Assembly: GCF_003019035.1 (NCBI RefSeq)
Contig: NZ_CP027447.1
Strand: one strand, 5' to 3'
Origin: Escherichia coli
Lineage (GTDB): Bacteria > Pseudomonadota > Gammaproteobacteria > Enterobacterales > Enterobacteriaceae
DNA length: 64,000 bases
This document shows positions 15,974-26,848 of the stretch, piece after piece (position 1 is the first letter of the stretch; every line of letters begins with the position of its first letter). A program made the position numbers and the translations under genes. The notes under the pieces are model-generated. The model made no database searches. It saw only the letters and a list, made by a program, of their open reading frames with translations, and was not told where the DNA came from.

Positions 15974-17380
15974 TTAATCCAGCCATTCGGTGTGGAATAC
16001 ACCTTCTTTATCAATGCGCTTATAGGTATGTGCACCGAAATAGTCACGCTGCGCCTGGATCAAGTTTGCTGGCAGTACTGCGGCACGATAGCTGTCATAA
16101 TAAGCAACCGCTGCAGAGAAGGTAGGTACTGGAATGCCGTTCTGCACCGCATAAGCAAGAACATCACGCAGAGCTTGCTGGTAATCGTCGGCAATTTTCT
16201 TAAAGTACGGGGCTAACAGCAGGTTAGCGATCTTCGGATTTTCAGCGTAAGCATCAGTGATTTTCTGCAGGAACTGAGCGCGGATGATACAGCCAGCACG
16301 GAAGATCTTCGCGATTTCACCATAGTTCAGATCCCAGTTGTACTCTTCAGACGCGGCACGTAGCTGTGAGAAGCCCTGAGCGTAAGAAACAATCTTACCC
16401 AGATAAAGCGCACGACGAACTTTCTCAATGAACTCAGCTTTATCGCCTGCTGGTTGTGCTTGCGGACCGGACAGTACTTTAGACGCTGCAACACGCTGCT
16501 CTTTGAGAGAAGAGATGTAACGTGCAAACACTGATTCAGTGATCAGTGACAGAGGCTCACCGAGATCCAGTGCGCTCTGGCTAGTCCACTTACCAGTACC
16601 TTTGTTAGCTGCCTCATCCAGAATCACATCGACCAGGTAGTTACCGTCTTCATCTTTTTTGGTGAAGATATCTTTAGTGATGTCGATCAGGTAGCTGCTC
16701 AGTTCACCGTTGTTCCACTCGGTAAAGGTTTGTGCCAGTTCTTCGTTAGAGAGATTCAGACCACCTTTCAGCAGAGAATAGGCTTCAGCAATCAGTTGCA
16801 TATCACCGTATTCAATACCGTTGTGAACCATCTTCACATAGTGACCTGCGCCATCGGCACCAATATAGGTAACGCACGGTTCGCCATCTTCAGCCACGGC
16901 GGCGATTTTGGTCAGGATAGGTGCAACCAGTTCATAGGCTTCTTTCTGCCCACCAGGCATGATAGAAGGTCCTTTCAGCGCGCCCTCTTCACCACCGGAA
17001 ACACCCGTACCGATGAAGTTAAAGCCTTCTGCAGAAAGCTCCCGGTTACGACGAATAGTATCCTGGAAGAAGGTATTACCACCATCAATGATGATATCTC
17101 CTTTATCGAGATATGGTTTAAGGGAATCAATAGCAGCATCCGTGCCTGCACCTGCTTTCACCATTAACAGGATGCGACGAGGCGTTTCCAGAGATTCAAC
17201 GAACTCTTTCACCGTATAGTAAGGAACCAGTTTCTTGCCTGGATTTTCAGCAATCACTTCTTCCGTCTTTTCACGGGAACGGTTGAAAATAGAGACGGTA
17301 TAACCACGGCTTTCGATGTTGAGCGCGAGGTTGCGTCCCATCACTGCCATACCGACGACGCCGATCTGTTGCTTTGACAT
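15974..17380 (-). CDS. gnd: 6-phosphogluconate dehydrogenase (decarboxylating)
   Basis: 468 aa, [27 protein letters not shown]... Confidence 0.9.
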   Translation of the reverse strand: MSKQQIGVVGMAVMGRNLALNIESRGYTVSIFNRSREKTEEVIAENPGKKLVPYYTVKEFVESLETPRRILLMVKAGAGTDAAIDSLKPYLDKGDIIIDGGNTFFQDTIRRNRELSAEGFNFIGTGVSGGEEGALKGPSIMPGGQKEAYELVAPILTKIAAVAEDGEPCVTYIGADGAGHYVKMVHNGIEYGDMQLIAEAYSLLKGGLNLSNEELAQTFTEWNNGELSSYLIDITKDIFTKKDEDGNYLVDVILDEAANKGTGKWTSQSALDLGEPLSLITESVFARYISSLKEQRVAASKVLSGPQAQPAGDKAEFIEKVRRALYLGKIVSYAQGFSQLRAASEEYNWDLNYGEIAKIFRAGCIIRAQFLQKITDAYAENPKIANLLLAPYFKKIADDYQQALRDVLAYAVQNGIPVPTFSAAVAYYDSYRAAVLPANLIQAQRDYFGAHTYKRIDKEGVFHTEWLD

Positions 17381-17573
17381 TGTTTACTCCTGTCAGGGGT
17401 GGTCACCGCGGGGTTGCGCGGCTTGAATATGAAACAGATGTTAACTCAAGTTACATGAATGTGTGTAGTGCTGAATTTCATTAATGCAACAAATACCGTT
17501 CATCTTCCTTTATACAGACATCCACTTGTAACCAAACCTACGCGCACATATAAGCGAAGATAAATCTATAACA

Positions 17574-18998
17574 TCAAGAAATTAAAGATATAATATTCCC
17601 AAGCACATTCGTAACATATTGCTTAGCCTGATTTTCATCACTGCCTTCAGCGTAACAACGGAGTTCAGGGGCATTTCCGGAAGGACGGAGATGTATAATA
17701 TCACCATTAGTTAAAATAAATCTTGCACCATCCGTTTCATCAATAGTGGAACAGGATAATGATTCATACCCTAATTTATTAAAGAAATTATTGGGTGATG
17801 AAATGGCATTTTTTATAATTTTCTGACTTGACTCTGAAGGAAAGTTTTTCACTCTATCTGACCAAGTGAATCGCTGTGGAAGATTATTAACCAGTTGAGA
17901 GATAGTACTATTGCGAGAAGCTATTAAGAGCATTAACGCTGGTAATACTGCATCTCGAGTAGGTAACGCATTTAATTCTTTGCCATTAATTTGTAAATCG
18001 GAGGCAAGCAGAAAACCGCCATTAGCTTCAAAACCAGCGACTGAATCAAATTGTTTAGCAAGTTCTGAAAACGCTGCAATCACATAAGGAGAGCCAATTT
18101 TAGTCCGTTGTATATTTGCAAATTTATGAGATTGTTCAATTGCTGTATTACAACTCACTGGAATAGCCAACGCCTTGATATTAAGTTCAATAGCCGTAAG
18201 TAATCCCAGAATATCGCCTCTTAGCCATTCACCATTTTCATCGGCAACTAAAGGGCGATCACCATCACCATCTGTTGAGAAAATTGCATCGAGATTGTAT
18301 TTTTTAGACCACTCTCTTGCAAGTAGACGATCTTCTTCGCTAACTGCTTCCGTATCAATAGGAACGAACTCATCACTTCTACCGAGGGAGATGACCTCAG
18401 CACCCAATTGATTAAAAAGTGGAGCATATAAATCTCGTCCTGCACTAGAATGTTCATAGATCCCAATTCTCTTCCCCTTTAAAATATCGGAATTAAAAAG
18501 AGAAACATAACGTTCCAGGTAGCAATCCGCACCTTGAGTACTTGTTTCAAGATGAGGTAATACATCTACAGGAGAAAAAACATATTCACTATTTACTATT
18601 GCTAACTCATCCTCTTTTGTGATTTCACCATCTGGACGGTAAAATTTCAAACCATTACGGTCAAAAGGTATGTGACTACCGGTAACCATTATGCAGGGGA
18701 TGTTTTTCTGTATGGAATAATGAGCTAATGCAGGGGTCGGAATTACACCATGATATTCAACAGCGAACCCATGTTGTTTGATAGCGAACGCGCATGCCTG
18801 AGCAATTTCATAACTACTCGGGCGGTTGTCAATGGCTAAAGCAACTTTATTAAAATTGTATTTGTCATCAATAACAGAAAGAAACGCATGACTGAAGGCT
18901 GCACAAACATCATGGGTAAAATCGATGACTAAACCACGAGCACCACTAGTGCCGAAAGCAATATTGCTATCGGTAATGATTTTGTTAGCATTTAACAT
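17574..18998 (-). CDS. alpha-D-phosphohexomutase (ManB-like phosphomannomutase candidate), O-antigen cluster copy
   Basis: 474 aa; phosphoserine-loop motif TGSHIPFDRNG; last gene of the AT-rich cluster; clearly different from the colanic acid CpsG. Confidence 0.65.
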   Translation of the reverse strand: MLNANKIITDSNIAFGTSGARGLVIDFTHDVCAAFSHAFLSVIDDKYNFNKVALAIDNRPSSYEIAQACAFAIKQHGFAVEYHGVIPTPALAHYSIQKNIPCIMVTGSHIPFDRNGLKFYRPDGEITKEDELAIVNSEYVFSPVDVLPHLETSTQGADCYLERYVSLFNSDILKGKRIGIYEHSSAGRDLYAPLFNQLGAEVISLGRSDEFVPIDTEAVSEEDRLLAREWSKKYNLDAIFSTDGDGDRPLVADENGEWLRGDILGLLTAIELNIKALAIPVSCNTAIEQSHKFANIQRTKIGSPYVIAAFSELAKQFDSVAGFEANGGFLLASDLQINGKELNALPTRDAVLPALMLLIASRNSTISQLVNNLPQRFTWSDRVKNFPSESSQKIIKNAISSPNNFFNKLGYESLSCSTIDETDGARFILTNGDIIHLRPSGNAPELRCYAEGSDENQAKQYVTNVLGNIISLIS

Positions 18999-19003
18999 GA
19001 TGA

Positions 19004-19750
19004 TTACTTCTTAATAAATTGAGGAAGTTTGGATAGATTTTTATACGCTAAAGCTATTGGCCAGATAATACCATTCTGTTTCATAGCGCGAATATCTTCC
19101 ATTGATTTATTGATCATGGAAGATACTGAGCGATTGCTAATTCCACCAACACGCATTTTCACTAATACTTTTGGTAAGTACGCTATTGAAATACGCTGTT
19201 TTAAAATATAACGTAATAATGAGTCATAATCAGCAGATATTCGGTAATCTAATGAAAAACAACCAAACTGACTATAACAATCGCGTTTCATATAAAATGA
19301 TGGGTGTGGCGGCATCCAACCTAGTTTCATCTTCAAACGGCTAAATGAGCCACTCTTCCATAATCTAATACGTTTAGTTGTATCATTTTTGGCAACATAC
19401 TCCAAATCACCATAAACAGCATCACACCCTGAACTTTCAAATGTTTTTACTATATCTGCAATAGCATCGTCATAAGCAAGTAAGTCATCAGAGTGCAAAA
19501 ATCCAATTATATCACCAGAAGCTGCTTGAATACCTTTATTCAGTGCATCATAAATGCCATTGTCGGGTTCGCAAATGATTGTTGAAACTCTTGTACATTT
19601 ACTCTTGATTAGCTCTATTGTATTATCTTTCGATGCCCCATCTACAACTATATATTCAATATCTGAATGTGTTTGTTTTTCCAGAGAGAGTAATGTATCA
19701 AGAAGCGTTTTTTCACTATTATAAGTTGCTGTGATAATTGAAATCCGCAT
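19004..19750 (-). CDS. family 2 glycosyltransferase (GT-A fold)
   Basis: 248 aa, N-terminal ISIITATYN...VVDGASKD pattern typical of GT2. Confidence 0.65.
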   Translation of the reverse strand: MRISIITATYNSEKTLLDTLLSLEKQTHSDIEYIVVDGASKDNTIELIKSKCTRVSTIICEPDNGIYDALNKGIQAASGDIIGFLHSDDLLAYDDAIADIVKTFESSGCDAVYGDLEYVAKNDTTKRIRLWKSGSFSRLKMKLGWMPPHPSFYMKRDCYSQFGCFSLDYRISADYDSLLRYILKQRISIAYLPKVLVKMRVGGISNRSVSSMINKSMEDIRAMKQNGIIWPIALAYKNLSKLPQFIKK

Positions 19751-21156
19751 TAGTATCCAACTCCAGAAGAAGAAACTCTTATAACATCATCCTCTTCCAA
19801 GTAGACTCCTGATCTAACCTCAATTATTTCAAGTGGGATCTTGCCAGGATTTTCAATGGCATGTGGAACACCAACAGGTATATATGTTGATTCATTTTCT
19901 GAAACAAGATAAGTTTTCTCCTCAAGATGAACTTTAGCTGTCCCCGAGACAACAATCCAATGTTCAGTACGATGGTAATGGATCTGCTTAGCGGTAATGT
20001 GACCCGGTAATACAATCACATGTTTAACCTGAAAGCGTTGCCCTTCAGCTATAGTGTCATGACTGCCCCAAGGACGAAAAATTTCCCGATGTTGTAAATA
20101 TTCTGTTCGATTATTCTTTTTAAGCTGAGCTACGATGTTTTTAACTTGCTGAACTTTATCTTTATGAGCAACTAATACTGCATCTTTCGTTTCAACGACA
20201 ACCAAATCCTTTACGCCCACGGCCCCAATAAGTCTATGCTGCGAATAAAGATAACTATCTGTAGCATCCTCAACCAAAACATCACCACGAATGGCATTGC
20301 CGCTTTGGTCTTTTGAACTTATTTCCCACAGCGCAGACCATGACCCAACATCACTCCATTGCGCATCCAATGGTACGACCACAGCTTCAGCTGTTTTTTC
20401 CATAACGGCATAGTCGATTGACTCTTCAGGGCAGCAAGAAAAAGAAGAGTTATCCAAGCGGATAAAATCTAAATCTTGAGTCGAGGAAGCTAAGGATTGC
20501 TGACAACTCTCTAGAATATCTGGACGGAATTTTTTTAGTTCATCGATGAATACAGATGCTCTGAACATAAACATTCCACTATTCCAAAGATAACCGCCAT
20601 CTGACAAATACCGCTGAGCTAATTCTAGCTCTGGCTTTTCAACAAAAGCTGCAACTTTATAACCTTGCCCACTAAGTGGATCACCTGACTTAATATAGCC
20701 ATACCCTGTCTCTGGAGCTGTTGGAACGATGCCAAATGTGACCAACTTACCTTGCTGCGCAAAGTCCTTCGCGGCCAAAACTGCTGTAATGAAACTATTC
20801 TCATCCTGAATTTCATGGTCAGCCGCAAGAACCAAAAGTATAGGATCCTCTCCACTTGCCGTTGCCTGAAGCGCTGCAAGGGCTACAGCAGGTGCCGTAT
20901 TGCGCCCAACAGGCTCAAGCAAAATCCCACTATGCTTTAAACCAACTTTACGTAATTGTTCAGCAACAATGAAACGATGTGATTCATTACAAATGATCAA
21001 AGCAGGATTGTGTTCAATCTTTTCTAGCCGTCGCAAAGTCTCTTGCAACATAGTTAAGCGGCTATTTAAAGACAGAAATTGTTTCGGATAAAGTGTACGT
21101 GAAAGAGGCCATAATCTGGTACCAGATCCACCGGCCATGACAACGGGAAGTAGCAT
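19750..21156 (-). CDS. manC: mannose-1-phosphate guanylyltransferase (ManC), O-antigen cluster copy
   Basis: 468 aa, close paralogue of CpsB further downstream ([15 protein letters not shown]... C-terminal cupin region). Confidence 0.85.
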   Translation of the reverse strand: MLLPVVMAGGSGTRLWPLSRTLYPKQFLSLNSRLTMLQETLRRLEKIEHNPALIICNESHRFIVAEQLRKVGLKHSGILLEPVGRNTAPAVALAALQATASGEDPILLVLAADHEIQDENSFITAVLAAKDFAQQGKLVTFGIVPTAPETGYGYIKSGDPLSGQGYKVAAFVEKPELELAQRYLSDGGYLWNSGMFMFRASVFIDELKKFRPDILESCQQSLASSTQDLDFIRLDNSSFSCCPEESIDYAVMEKTAEAVVVPLDAQWSDVGSWSALWEISSKDQSGNAIRGDVLVEDATDSYLYSQHRLIGAVGVKDLVVVETKDAVLVAHKDKVQQVKNIVAQLKKNNRTEYLQHREIFRPWGSHDTIAEGQRFQVKHVIVLPGHITAKQIHYHRTEHWIVVSGTAKVHLEEKTYLVSENESTYIPVGVPHAIENPGKIPLEIIEVRSGVYLEEDDVIRVSSSGVGY

Positions 21157-21161
21157 ATCTA

Positions 21162-21623
21162 TTACCTTGATATAAAATAATTTTTGGTATATTGATGAAC
21201 TGTAGTGCTATTAAGCAACGTTACTACATCAAACCACTTGTAGGAATTATGCTGAATCGTTGGTAGGCGAAGTTGCTGCGGATTAATTTGAATTTCATAT
21301 CCATGCACTACGTAGTGTGTAGAAAAATCTACTTCAGAAAAATTGTCATTGTAAAAGTGTTCATACACACCAAGAAATATGGCCTCACCAAGACTAGTTT
21401 GAACGCCTAACTCTTCAAATGTGATCCTTTTAAAAGCATCCTCGAATGACTCGTCCTTAAAAATTCGCCCTCCAGGCACAAACCAATAATTTTTTGCGGG
21501 GCGATTCAGGCGCTGCCCAAGCAGCGCCTCTCCTTTATCGTTTCTAATTACGAGGTCAATCGAGATTAGAGGAGTATGCTTGACTATTGTTTTAAATAAC
21601 TCATATTCTAATCTCTTTTTCAT
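21162..21623 (-). CDS. gmm: GDP-mannose mannosyl hydrolase (Nudix), O-antigen cluster copy
   Basis: 153 aa, alignable by eye with the colanic acid Gmm/WcaH ([20 protein letters not shown]). Confidence 0.75.
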   Translation of the reverse strand: MKKRLEYELFKTIVKHTPLISIDLVIRNDKGEALLGQRLNRPAKNYWFVPGGRIFKDESFEDAFKRITFEELGVQTSLGEAIFLGVYEHFYNDNFSEVDFSTHYVVHGYEIQINPQQLRLPTIQHNSYKWFDVVTLLNSTTVHQYTKNYFISR

Positions 21624-21625
21624 AA

Positions 21626-22591
21626 CTATCCCCGAAAAGAATCAATATTCTCAAGAAACCATTTATATGTTAATGATAGACCTTCATGTAAATTATAGCG
21701 ATGTTGCCAGCCCAAGTTTTTGAGTCGGGTAACGTCCATAAGTTTTCGCGGGGTGCCATCTGGTTTGGTCGCGTCAAAAACAATTTTTCCTTGATAACCC
21801 ACTACAGAAGCCATTGTTTCAGCCATTTCACGTATAGAACAATCCACCCCCGTACCTACATTAATATGAGATAACATTGGTTGTGTATTTTGTTGATAAA
21901 TTGCGTCCTCTAACTCCATCACATGAACCGAGGCAGCAGCCATATCATCAACATATAAAAACTCACGCATCGGCATTCCCGTGCCCCAGACAATAACTTC
22001 TTGTGCACCACTTTCTTTTGCCTCATGGAATCTACGCATAAGCGCCGGAATAACATGGGAGTTTTCAGGATGGAAGTTATCATTCGAACCATAAAGATTA
22101 GTAGGCATTACACTTCTATAATCGCGACCATATTGACGATTATAAGACTCACATAATTTTATGCCCGCAATCTTAGCAATTGCGTATGGCTCATTAGTTG
22201 GCTCAAGTATGCCCGTCAAAAGTGCAGACTCTTTCATCGGCTGCTCAGCAAATTTTGGATAAATACAGCTAGAGCCTAAAAAAAGTAATTTTTGAATTCC
22301 AACCTTGTGAGCTGAATGTATAATATTACTCTCAATCATGAGATTCTGATAAATGAATTCTGCTGGAAATGTATTATTGGCATAAATACCACCTACTTTT
22401 GCCGCAGCAAGATAAACCTGATCAACCCTCTCTCTCTCAAAAAATGCCTCAACATCCTTCTGCACGGTCAGATCGAGTTCTTTGTGTGTTTTAACCACTA
22501 ACTCGATATCATCACGCAGCGATAATTGTCGGCAAATAGCAGAGCCAACCATGCCCTGGTGCCCAGCAACATATACTCTTTTCTTTATCAT
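21626..22591 (-). CDS. fcl: GDP-L-fucose synthase, O-antigen cluster copy
   Basis: 321 aa; long identical stretches with the colanic acid Fcl ([40 protein letters not shown]). Confidence 0.85.
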   Translation of the reverse strand: MIKKRVYVAGHQGMVGSAICRQLSLRDDIELVVKTHKELDLTVQKDVEAFFERERVDQVYLAAAKVGGIYANNTFPAEFIYQNLMIESNIIHSAHKVGIQKLLFLGSSCIYPKFAEQPMKESALLTGILEPTNEPYAIAKIAGIKLCESYNRQYGRDYRSVMPTNLYGSNDNFHPENSHVIPALMRRFHEAKESGAQEVIVWGTGMPMREFLYVDDMAAASVHVMELEDAIYQQNTQPMLSHINVGTGVDCSIREMAETMASVVGYQGKIVFDATKPDGTPRKLMDVTRLKNLGWQHRYNLHEGLSLTYKWFLENIDSFRG

Positions 22592-22594
22592 GTA

Positions 22595-23728
22595 TTAACG
22601 CTCCAGAGAAACCGAAACATCATAACCATGGCTTTTAAGAAGTGCATGTTGTTTCGCTTTTAACAAATCGCTAGCAACCATTTCTGCACACATCTCTTCA
22701 ACTGTAATCTCTGGTTCCCAGCCTAATAGATTTTTTGCTTTTGCAGGGTCACCTAAGAGTGTTTCAACTTCAGCAGGACGGAAATAACGAGGATCAACCC
22801 GAACTATAACGTCTCCAACATTTACACCAATAGCACAATCGGAAATTTTATTAACTACTGTGGCTATCTCATCTACACCCTCACCAGAGAATTCAAGTTC
22901 AAGTCCGACTTCTTTAGCAGCCATACGGACAAATTCACGCACAGATATCTGTTTACCTGTGGCAATGACAAAATCCTCTGGATGATCTTGCTGAAGCATC
23001 ATCCATTGCATGCGAACATAATCTTTAGCGTGTCCCCAGTCACGCAACGAATCCAGATTACCCAAATATAAGCATTGTTCGATCCCCTGAGAAATATTAG
23101 CTATTGCACGAGTAATTTTACGGGTAACAAAAGTTTCTCCACGGCGTGGCGATTCATGGTTAAAAAGAATACCATTACAAGCATATATACCATAAGATTC
23201 ACGGTAGTTAACTGTTATCCAGTAAGCATACATCTTAGCTACAGCATAAGGCGAACGCGGGTAGAATGGAGTTGTTTCACGCTGAGGAATCTCTTGCACT
23301 AAACCAAAAAGTTCTGAAGTAGATGCTTGATAGAAACGTGTTTTTTTCTCCAGCCCACAGATTCGTATTGCTTCTAATAAACGTAATGTCCCTATTGCAT
23401 CTACATCTGCTGTATATTCTGGTGACTCGAATGACACTGCGACATGGGATTGTGCACCAAGGTTATAAATTTCATCCGGTTGAATTTCTTGGATTAAACG
23501 GATCAGATTCGATGTATCTGTTAAATCCCCATAGTGTAAAATAAAATTAGGCTCATCAACGAATCGTGATTGATATATATGATCAATTCTATCAGTGTTA
23601 AATGACGATGCTCGGCGTTTTATACCATGTACTTCATAACCTTTTTCAATAAGAAATTCTGCAAGATATGAACCATCTTGTCCAGTTACGCCTGTGATAA
23701 ATGCAACTTTTTTATTCATTTTAATCAT
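22595..23728 (-). CDS. gmd: GDP-mannose 4,6-dehydratase, O-antigen cluster copy
   Basis: 377 aa, [16 protein letters not shown] motif; paralogue of the colanic acid gmd; true start may be the internal Met (MNKKVAF). Confidence 0.85.
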   Translation of the reverse strand: MIKMNKKVAFITGVTGQDGSYLAEFLIEKGYEVHGIKRRASSFNTDRIDHIYQSRFVDEPNFILHYGDLTDTSNLIRLIQEIQPDEIYNLGAQSHVAVSFESPEYTADVDAIGTLRLLEAIRICGLEKKTRFYQASTSELFGLVQEIPQRETTPFYPRSPYAVAKMYAYWITVNYRESYGIYACNGILFNHESPRRGETFVTRKITRAIANISQGIEQCLYLGNLDSLRDWGHAKDYVRMQWMMLQQDHPEDFVIATGKQISVREFVRMAAKEVGLELEFSGEGVDEIATVVNKISDCAIGVNVGDVIVRVDPRYFRPAEVETLLGDPAKAKNLLGWEPEITVEEMCAEMVASDLLKAKQHALLKSHGYDVSVSLER

Positions 23729-23737
23729 GTTATGTTC

Positions 23738-24769
23738 CTAAATATTCAACTCATTATAAACTTTAATCGTTTCATTAACACATTTTGACCATGAAAATTT
23801 TTGCGCCTGCAGTAAACCTCTTTCGATCATAACATTTCTTTTTAAATTAACTAATTCTAAAGCTTCTTTTAACGTAAACTCATTAATATCATCAATATAA
23901 ATAGGCGCATTCCCCCCTACTTCCGGCAACGAGGATGTGTTTGCACAAATAACTGGACATCCGGCCTGCATAGCTTCTAGGACAGGTATTCCAAACCCCT
24001 CATAACTGGAAGGGTAAACAAGTGCATATGCAGTATTATACTGTATATTTAAATCTTCATTACTCAAAAATGTAAAATGTTCATATCTATTTTTTAAATA
24101 TTTTTCAAGGAGTTCTCTTTCATATTTTTTAAGCGAGCCTCCGCCTACAATTGTAAGCTTTAAGCCATGTAATTTCCCTACAGCTTTGACTGCAAGAACG
24201 AAATTTTTATAACCTTCTCTGGCACCGACAAACAAAACTGAATTATTTACTCTCATATCAGACATGTTAGAAATATGTTTATATGATGGGGATACACCAT
24301 TATAAATCACTCTAATTTTATCTTCGCTAATTGGACAGTACTTAAGTAAATCTCTAGCAGTGTTGTTTGAAATACAAATTACGATATCACTATTCTTGAT
24401 AGCATGATATTTTTGAAGAGAATGAATAAATTTTGACATTCCTCCCCTGTATTTTTCATAGGTGAAATCATGAACAGTTGTAACATTTTTCACATTCAAA
24501 TTAGGACTTTTATGAACTCGATAATAACTTGAGTGTAAAACCCTAGTTTTAATATCACTTACATTTCTATATCTTTCTAAAATTCTTGGCTTACGATATT
24601 GCAACTTTAAGTCGCTTGTATCAAACTCAAATTCTTTATTTTTATACAATAGAATTTCAGCTTGGTAATTTGATTTCACCATTCCTTGGATCAACTCATT
24701 AAAGTATACACTTATTCCACCAAATGATTGGAGATTATAAATAATCCCATCGATAGTTACCATTATCAT
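23738..24769 (-). CDS. GT-B fold glycosyltransferase (GT4-like)
   Basis: 343 aa; C-terminal region with EGFGIPVLEAM motif characteristic of GT4 retaining transferases. Confidence 0.65.
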   Translation of the reverse strand: MIMVTIDGIIYNLQSFGGISVYFNELIQGMVKSNYQAEILLYKNKEFEFDTSDLKLQYRKPRILERYRNVSDIKTRVLHSSYYRVHKSPNLNVKNVTTVHDFTYEKYRGGMSKFIHSLQKYHAIKNSDIVICISNNTARDLLKYCPISEDKIRVIYNGVSPSYKHISNMSDMRVNNSVLFVGAREGYKNFVLAVKAVGKLHGLKLTIVGGGSLKKYERELLEKYLKNRYEHFTFLSNEDLNIQYNTAYALVYPSSYEGFGIPVLEAMQAGCPVICANTSSLPEVGGNAPIYIDDINEFTLKEALELVNLKRNVMIERGLLQAQKFSWSKCVNETIKVYNELNI

Positions 24770-26022
24770 CGCCCTCGCAAGGTAATACGTTCGATTAGAA
24801 CGAACAATATCAAAAAGAAGATCAGTAACAATACATATGCCGGCCCAGCAAAATAAGTTCCAAATGAAGGTGAAATGAGAATTATAGAAAGCAAAAAAAA
24901 GGATGCAGAGTTCGTAATTACTTTTGCATTAAACATTTTAAGCTTAGCAAAAATATAGCCATAAAAGATATTCATAGGTGAAAGAAAAGTTAAAATGATC
25001 AGTCCAACATATCCATAATCAACAAAATTATCCATCCCTTTTGAAAAAGCAGGTGTATGCCCCGACTCTGCAGCTCCTGGATAATAGATTTCATTTACAT
25101 GCAGAAATCCATATACAAAAGGTTTATCAGGAAACAAACCTCTCGGTATATAAGACCAAAATTGGCTGAAATAGACTGTGCCATTGAAAAACTTAACCAC
25201 ACCTTTATCAATATCTTGTAGCAAATAAATACTGTTTTGATACTGGTCAAAATAAGACAATACTACATCGACATTCATATTTCCAATAGCTAAAAATAAA
25301 TTATAGAGAATGGCACACGCTGCCAGGGGTGTAACTAAAATCAGGCCAAATTTTAGAAATCTAGATTTATTAAGACTTAACACTGCAAGATAAAAAATCG
25401 CAAATGAAAGAATAAAGGTTTTCGATCCAAGAAAAAAAACCAAGGTACAATAGAATATCGCGCATAAAAATAATTTTATTTCCGAGCGTAAAGCCAACGC
25501 CCTGGAAAAATAAGATACCGAAAGCATACTTAAAGAAAAGGCATATAAAACACCATTACCTTCTCGATAGTTTTGATAACCATCCCTGGGATTCGTCAAC
25601 CATCCAGAAATACCTATTTCTGACTTTGAAGAAAGAAGAACAAATAATGTAATAAACAGAACCAATGTAATATTTGATATTCTTTTTAATTTTGTATGCG
25701 AAATTAAGCAAGTTAAATAGATCTCTCTATTTTTGAATGCTATATTAAAAATAAAATAAAAGAAAATTATAGATAAAACACCCACAAAAGAGTATATGTT
25801 ATATATAAATAAAGCCTCATTATAATATTGATTTAAAGCAAAGTCTGAACCGTAGAAAAGAGGAGCCAAAATATTTTCCAATAGAAAAACCGGAAATAAA
25901 ATAATGGCGTAAATGGTAAAGGGATTGATAATTGTAAGTCTTAGCGTTTTCGTCGCTAATAAAGAAAAAGAATAATATAGTACTATAGCTAGTGTAACAT
26001 TTAAACAATATATTATTACCAC
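24766..26022 (-). CDS. wzy: O-antigen polymerase candidate
   Basis: 418 aa, very hydrophobic multi-pass membrane protein with low-complexity AT-rich codon usage, located between glycosyltransferase genes; start codon uncertain. Confidence 0.55.
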   Translation of the reverse strand: MVIIYCLNVTLAIVLYYSFSLLATKTLRLTIINPFTIYAIILFPVFLLENILAPLFYGSDFALNQYYNEALFIYNIYSFVGVLSIIFFYFIFNIAFKNREIYLTCLISHTKLKRISNITLVLFITLFVLLSSKSEIGISGWLTNPRDGYQNYREGNGVLYAFSLSMLSVSYFSRALALRSEIKLFLCAIFYCTLVFFLGSKTFILSFAIFYLAVLSLNKSRFLKFGLILVTPLAACAILYNLFLAIGNMNVDVVLSYFDQYQNSIYLLQDIDKGVVKFFNGTVYFSQFWSYIPRGLFPDKPFVYGFLHVNEIYYPGAAESGHTPAFSKGMDNFVDYGYVGLIILTFLSPMNIFYGYIFAKLKMFNAKVITNSASFFLLSIILISPSFGTYFAGPAYVLLLIFFLILFVLIERITLRGR

Positions 26023-26032
26023 ATCCTCCCCC

Positions 26033-26842
26033 CTATCTTAAACCGAATAATTTGCGCTTAATTGATTTTGTTTTTTGATATAATGCTTGAGGAACAATCA
26101 CTTTAAATAAAACTTGCAATGAATTATAGACAGCAAATTTTATTTTATATGATAAGGGCATATGAATATTATTTTTAGCTAGAATATAAGCAATTTCTTT
26201 CTTGACTAATTTTTTATTAGATTCATTTGAACTTACACCCGAAGCATCCATTATGGATACAGGAAAATTCACATAATGCATCGTAGATGGATCTATTGTT
26301 CTTATCATAAAATCACTATCAGCAGCAATTTTTAGTGTTGTATCAAAGCGATTAGCATTATCTTTAAAAAAGCTAGAATGCTGGAAAGTACCCTGATGAG
26401 GAGGAAGTGAAGGCCGACCACATTCCCACTTTTTCTTTATTTTTCCGTAAACTCCAACTATATTATCTTCATCACTAAAATATACATCACCATATATAGT
26501 TGTTGCACTCATATTTTCGTGAATGGCATTTGCTATTTTTGAAAGAGTATTATTTTCATAGAATGTATCGCCAGCTCCCATAAAAATAACCCAATCGCCA
26601 TTTATGTGAGGAAGAGCTTTATTCCAAGCGTCGTATATTCCTTGATCAGATTCGCATAAAAAATAATCTATAATATCAATATATCTATAAATATATTCTA
26701 GTGTTGATTTGTTAGAGTTGCCGTCTATAACAATCCATTGAATATTACAATAATTTTGATTTTTAATAGATTCCGCAGTCTTGCAGAAATCTTCCTCACA
26801 ATTATACGTCGATGTTATTATAGTAATCTGTAAGCCATTCAT
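26033..26842 (-). CDS. family 2 glycosyltransferase
   Basis: 269 aa, N-terminal ITIITSTYN...VIDGNS pattern typical of GT2. Confidence 0.65.
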   Translation of the reverse strand: MNGLQITIITSTYNCEEDFCKTAESIKNQNYCNIQWIVIDGNSNKSTLEYIYRYIDIIDYFLCESDQGIYDAWNKALPHINGDWVIFMGAGDTFYENNTLSKIANAIHENMSATTIYGDVYFSDEDNIVGVYGKIKKKWECGRPSLPPHQGTFQHSSFFKDNANRFDTTLKIAADSDFMIRTIDPSTMHYVNFPVSIMDASGVSSNESNKKLVKKEIAYILAKNNIHMPLSYKIKFAVYNSLQVLFKVIVPQALYQKTKSIKRKLFGLR

Positions 26843-26848
26843 CTTAAC

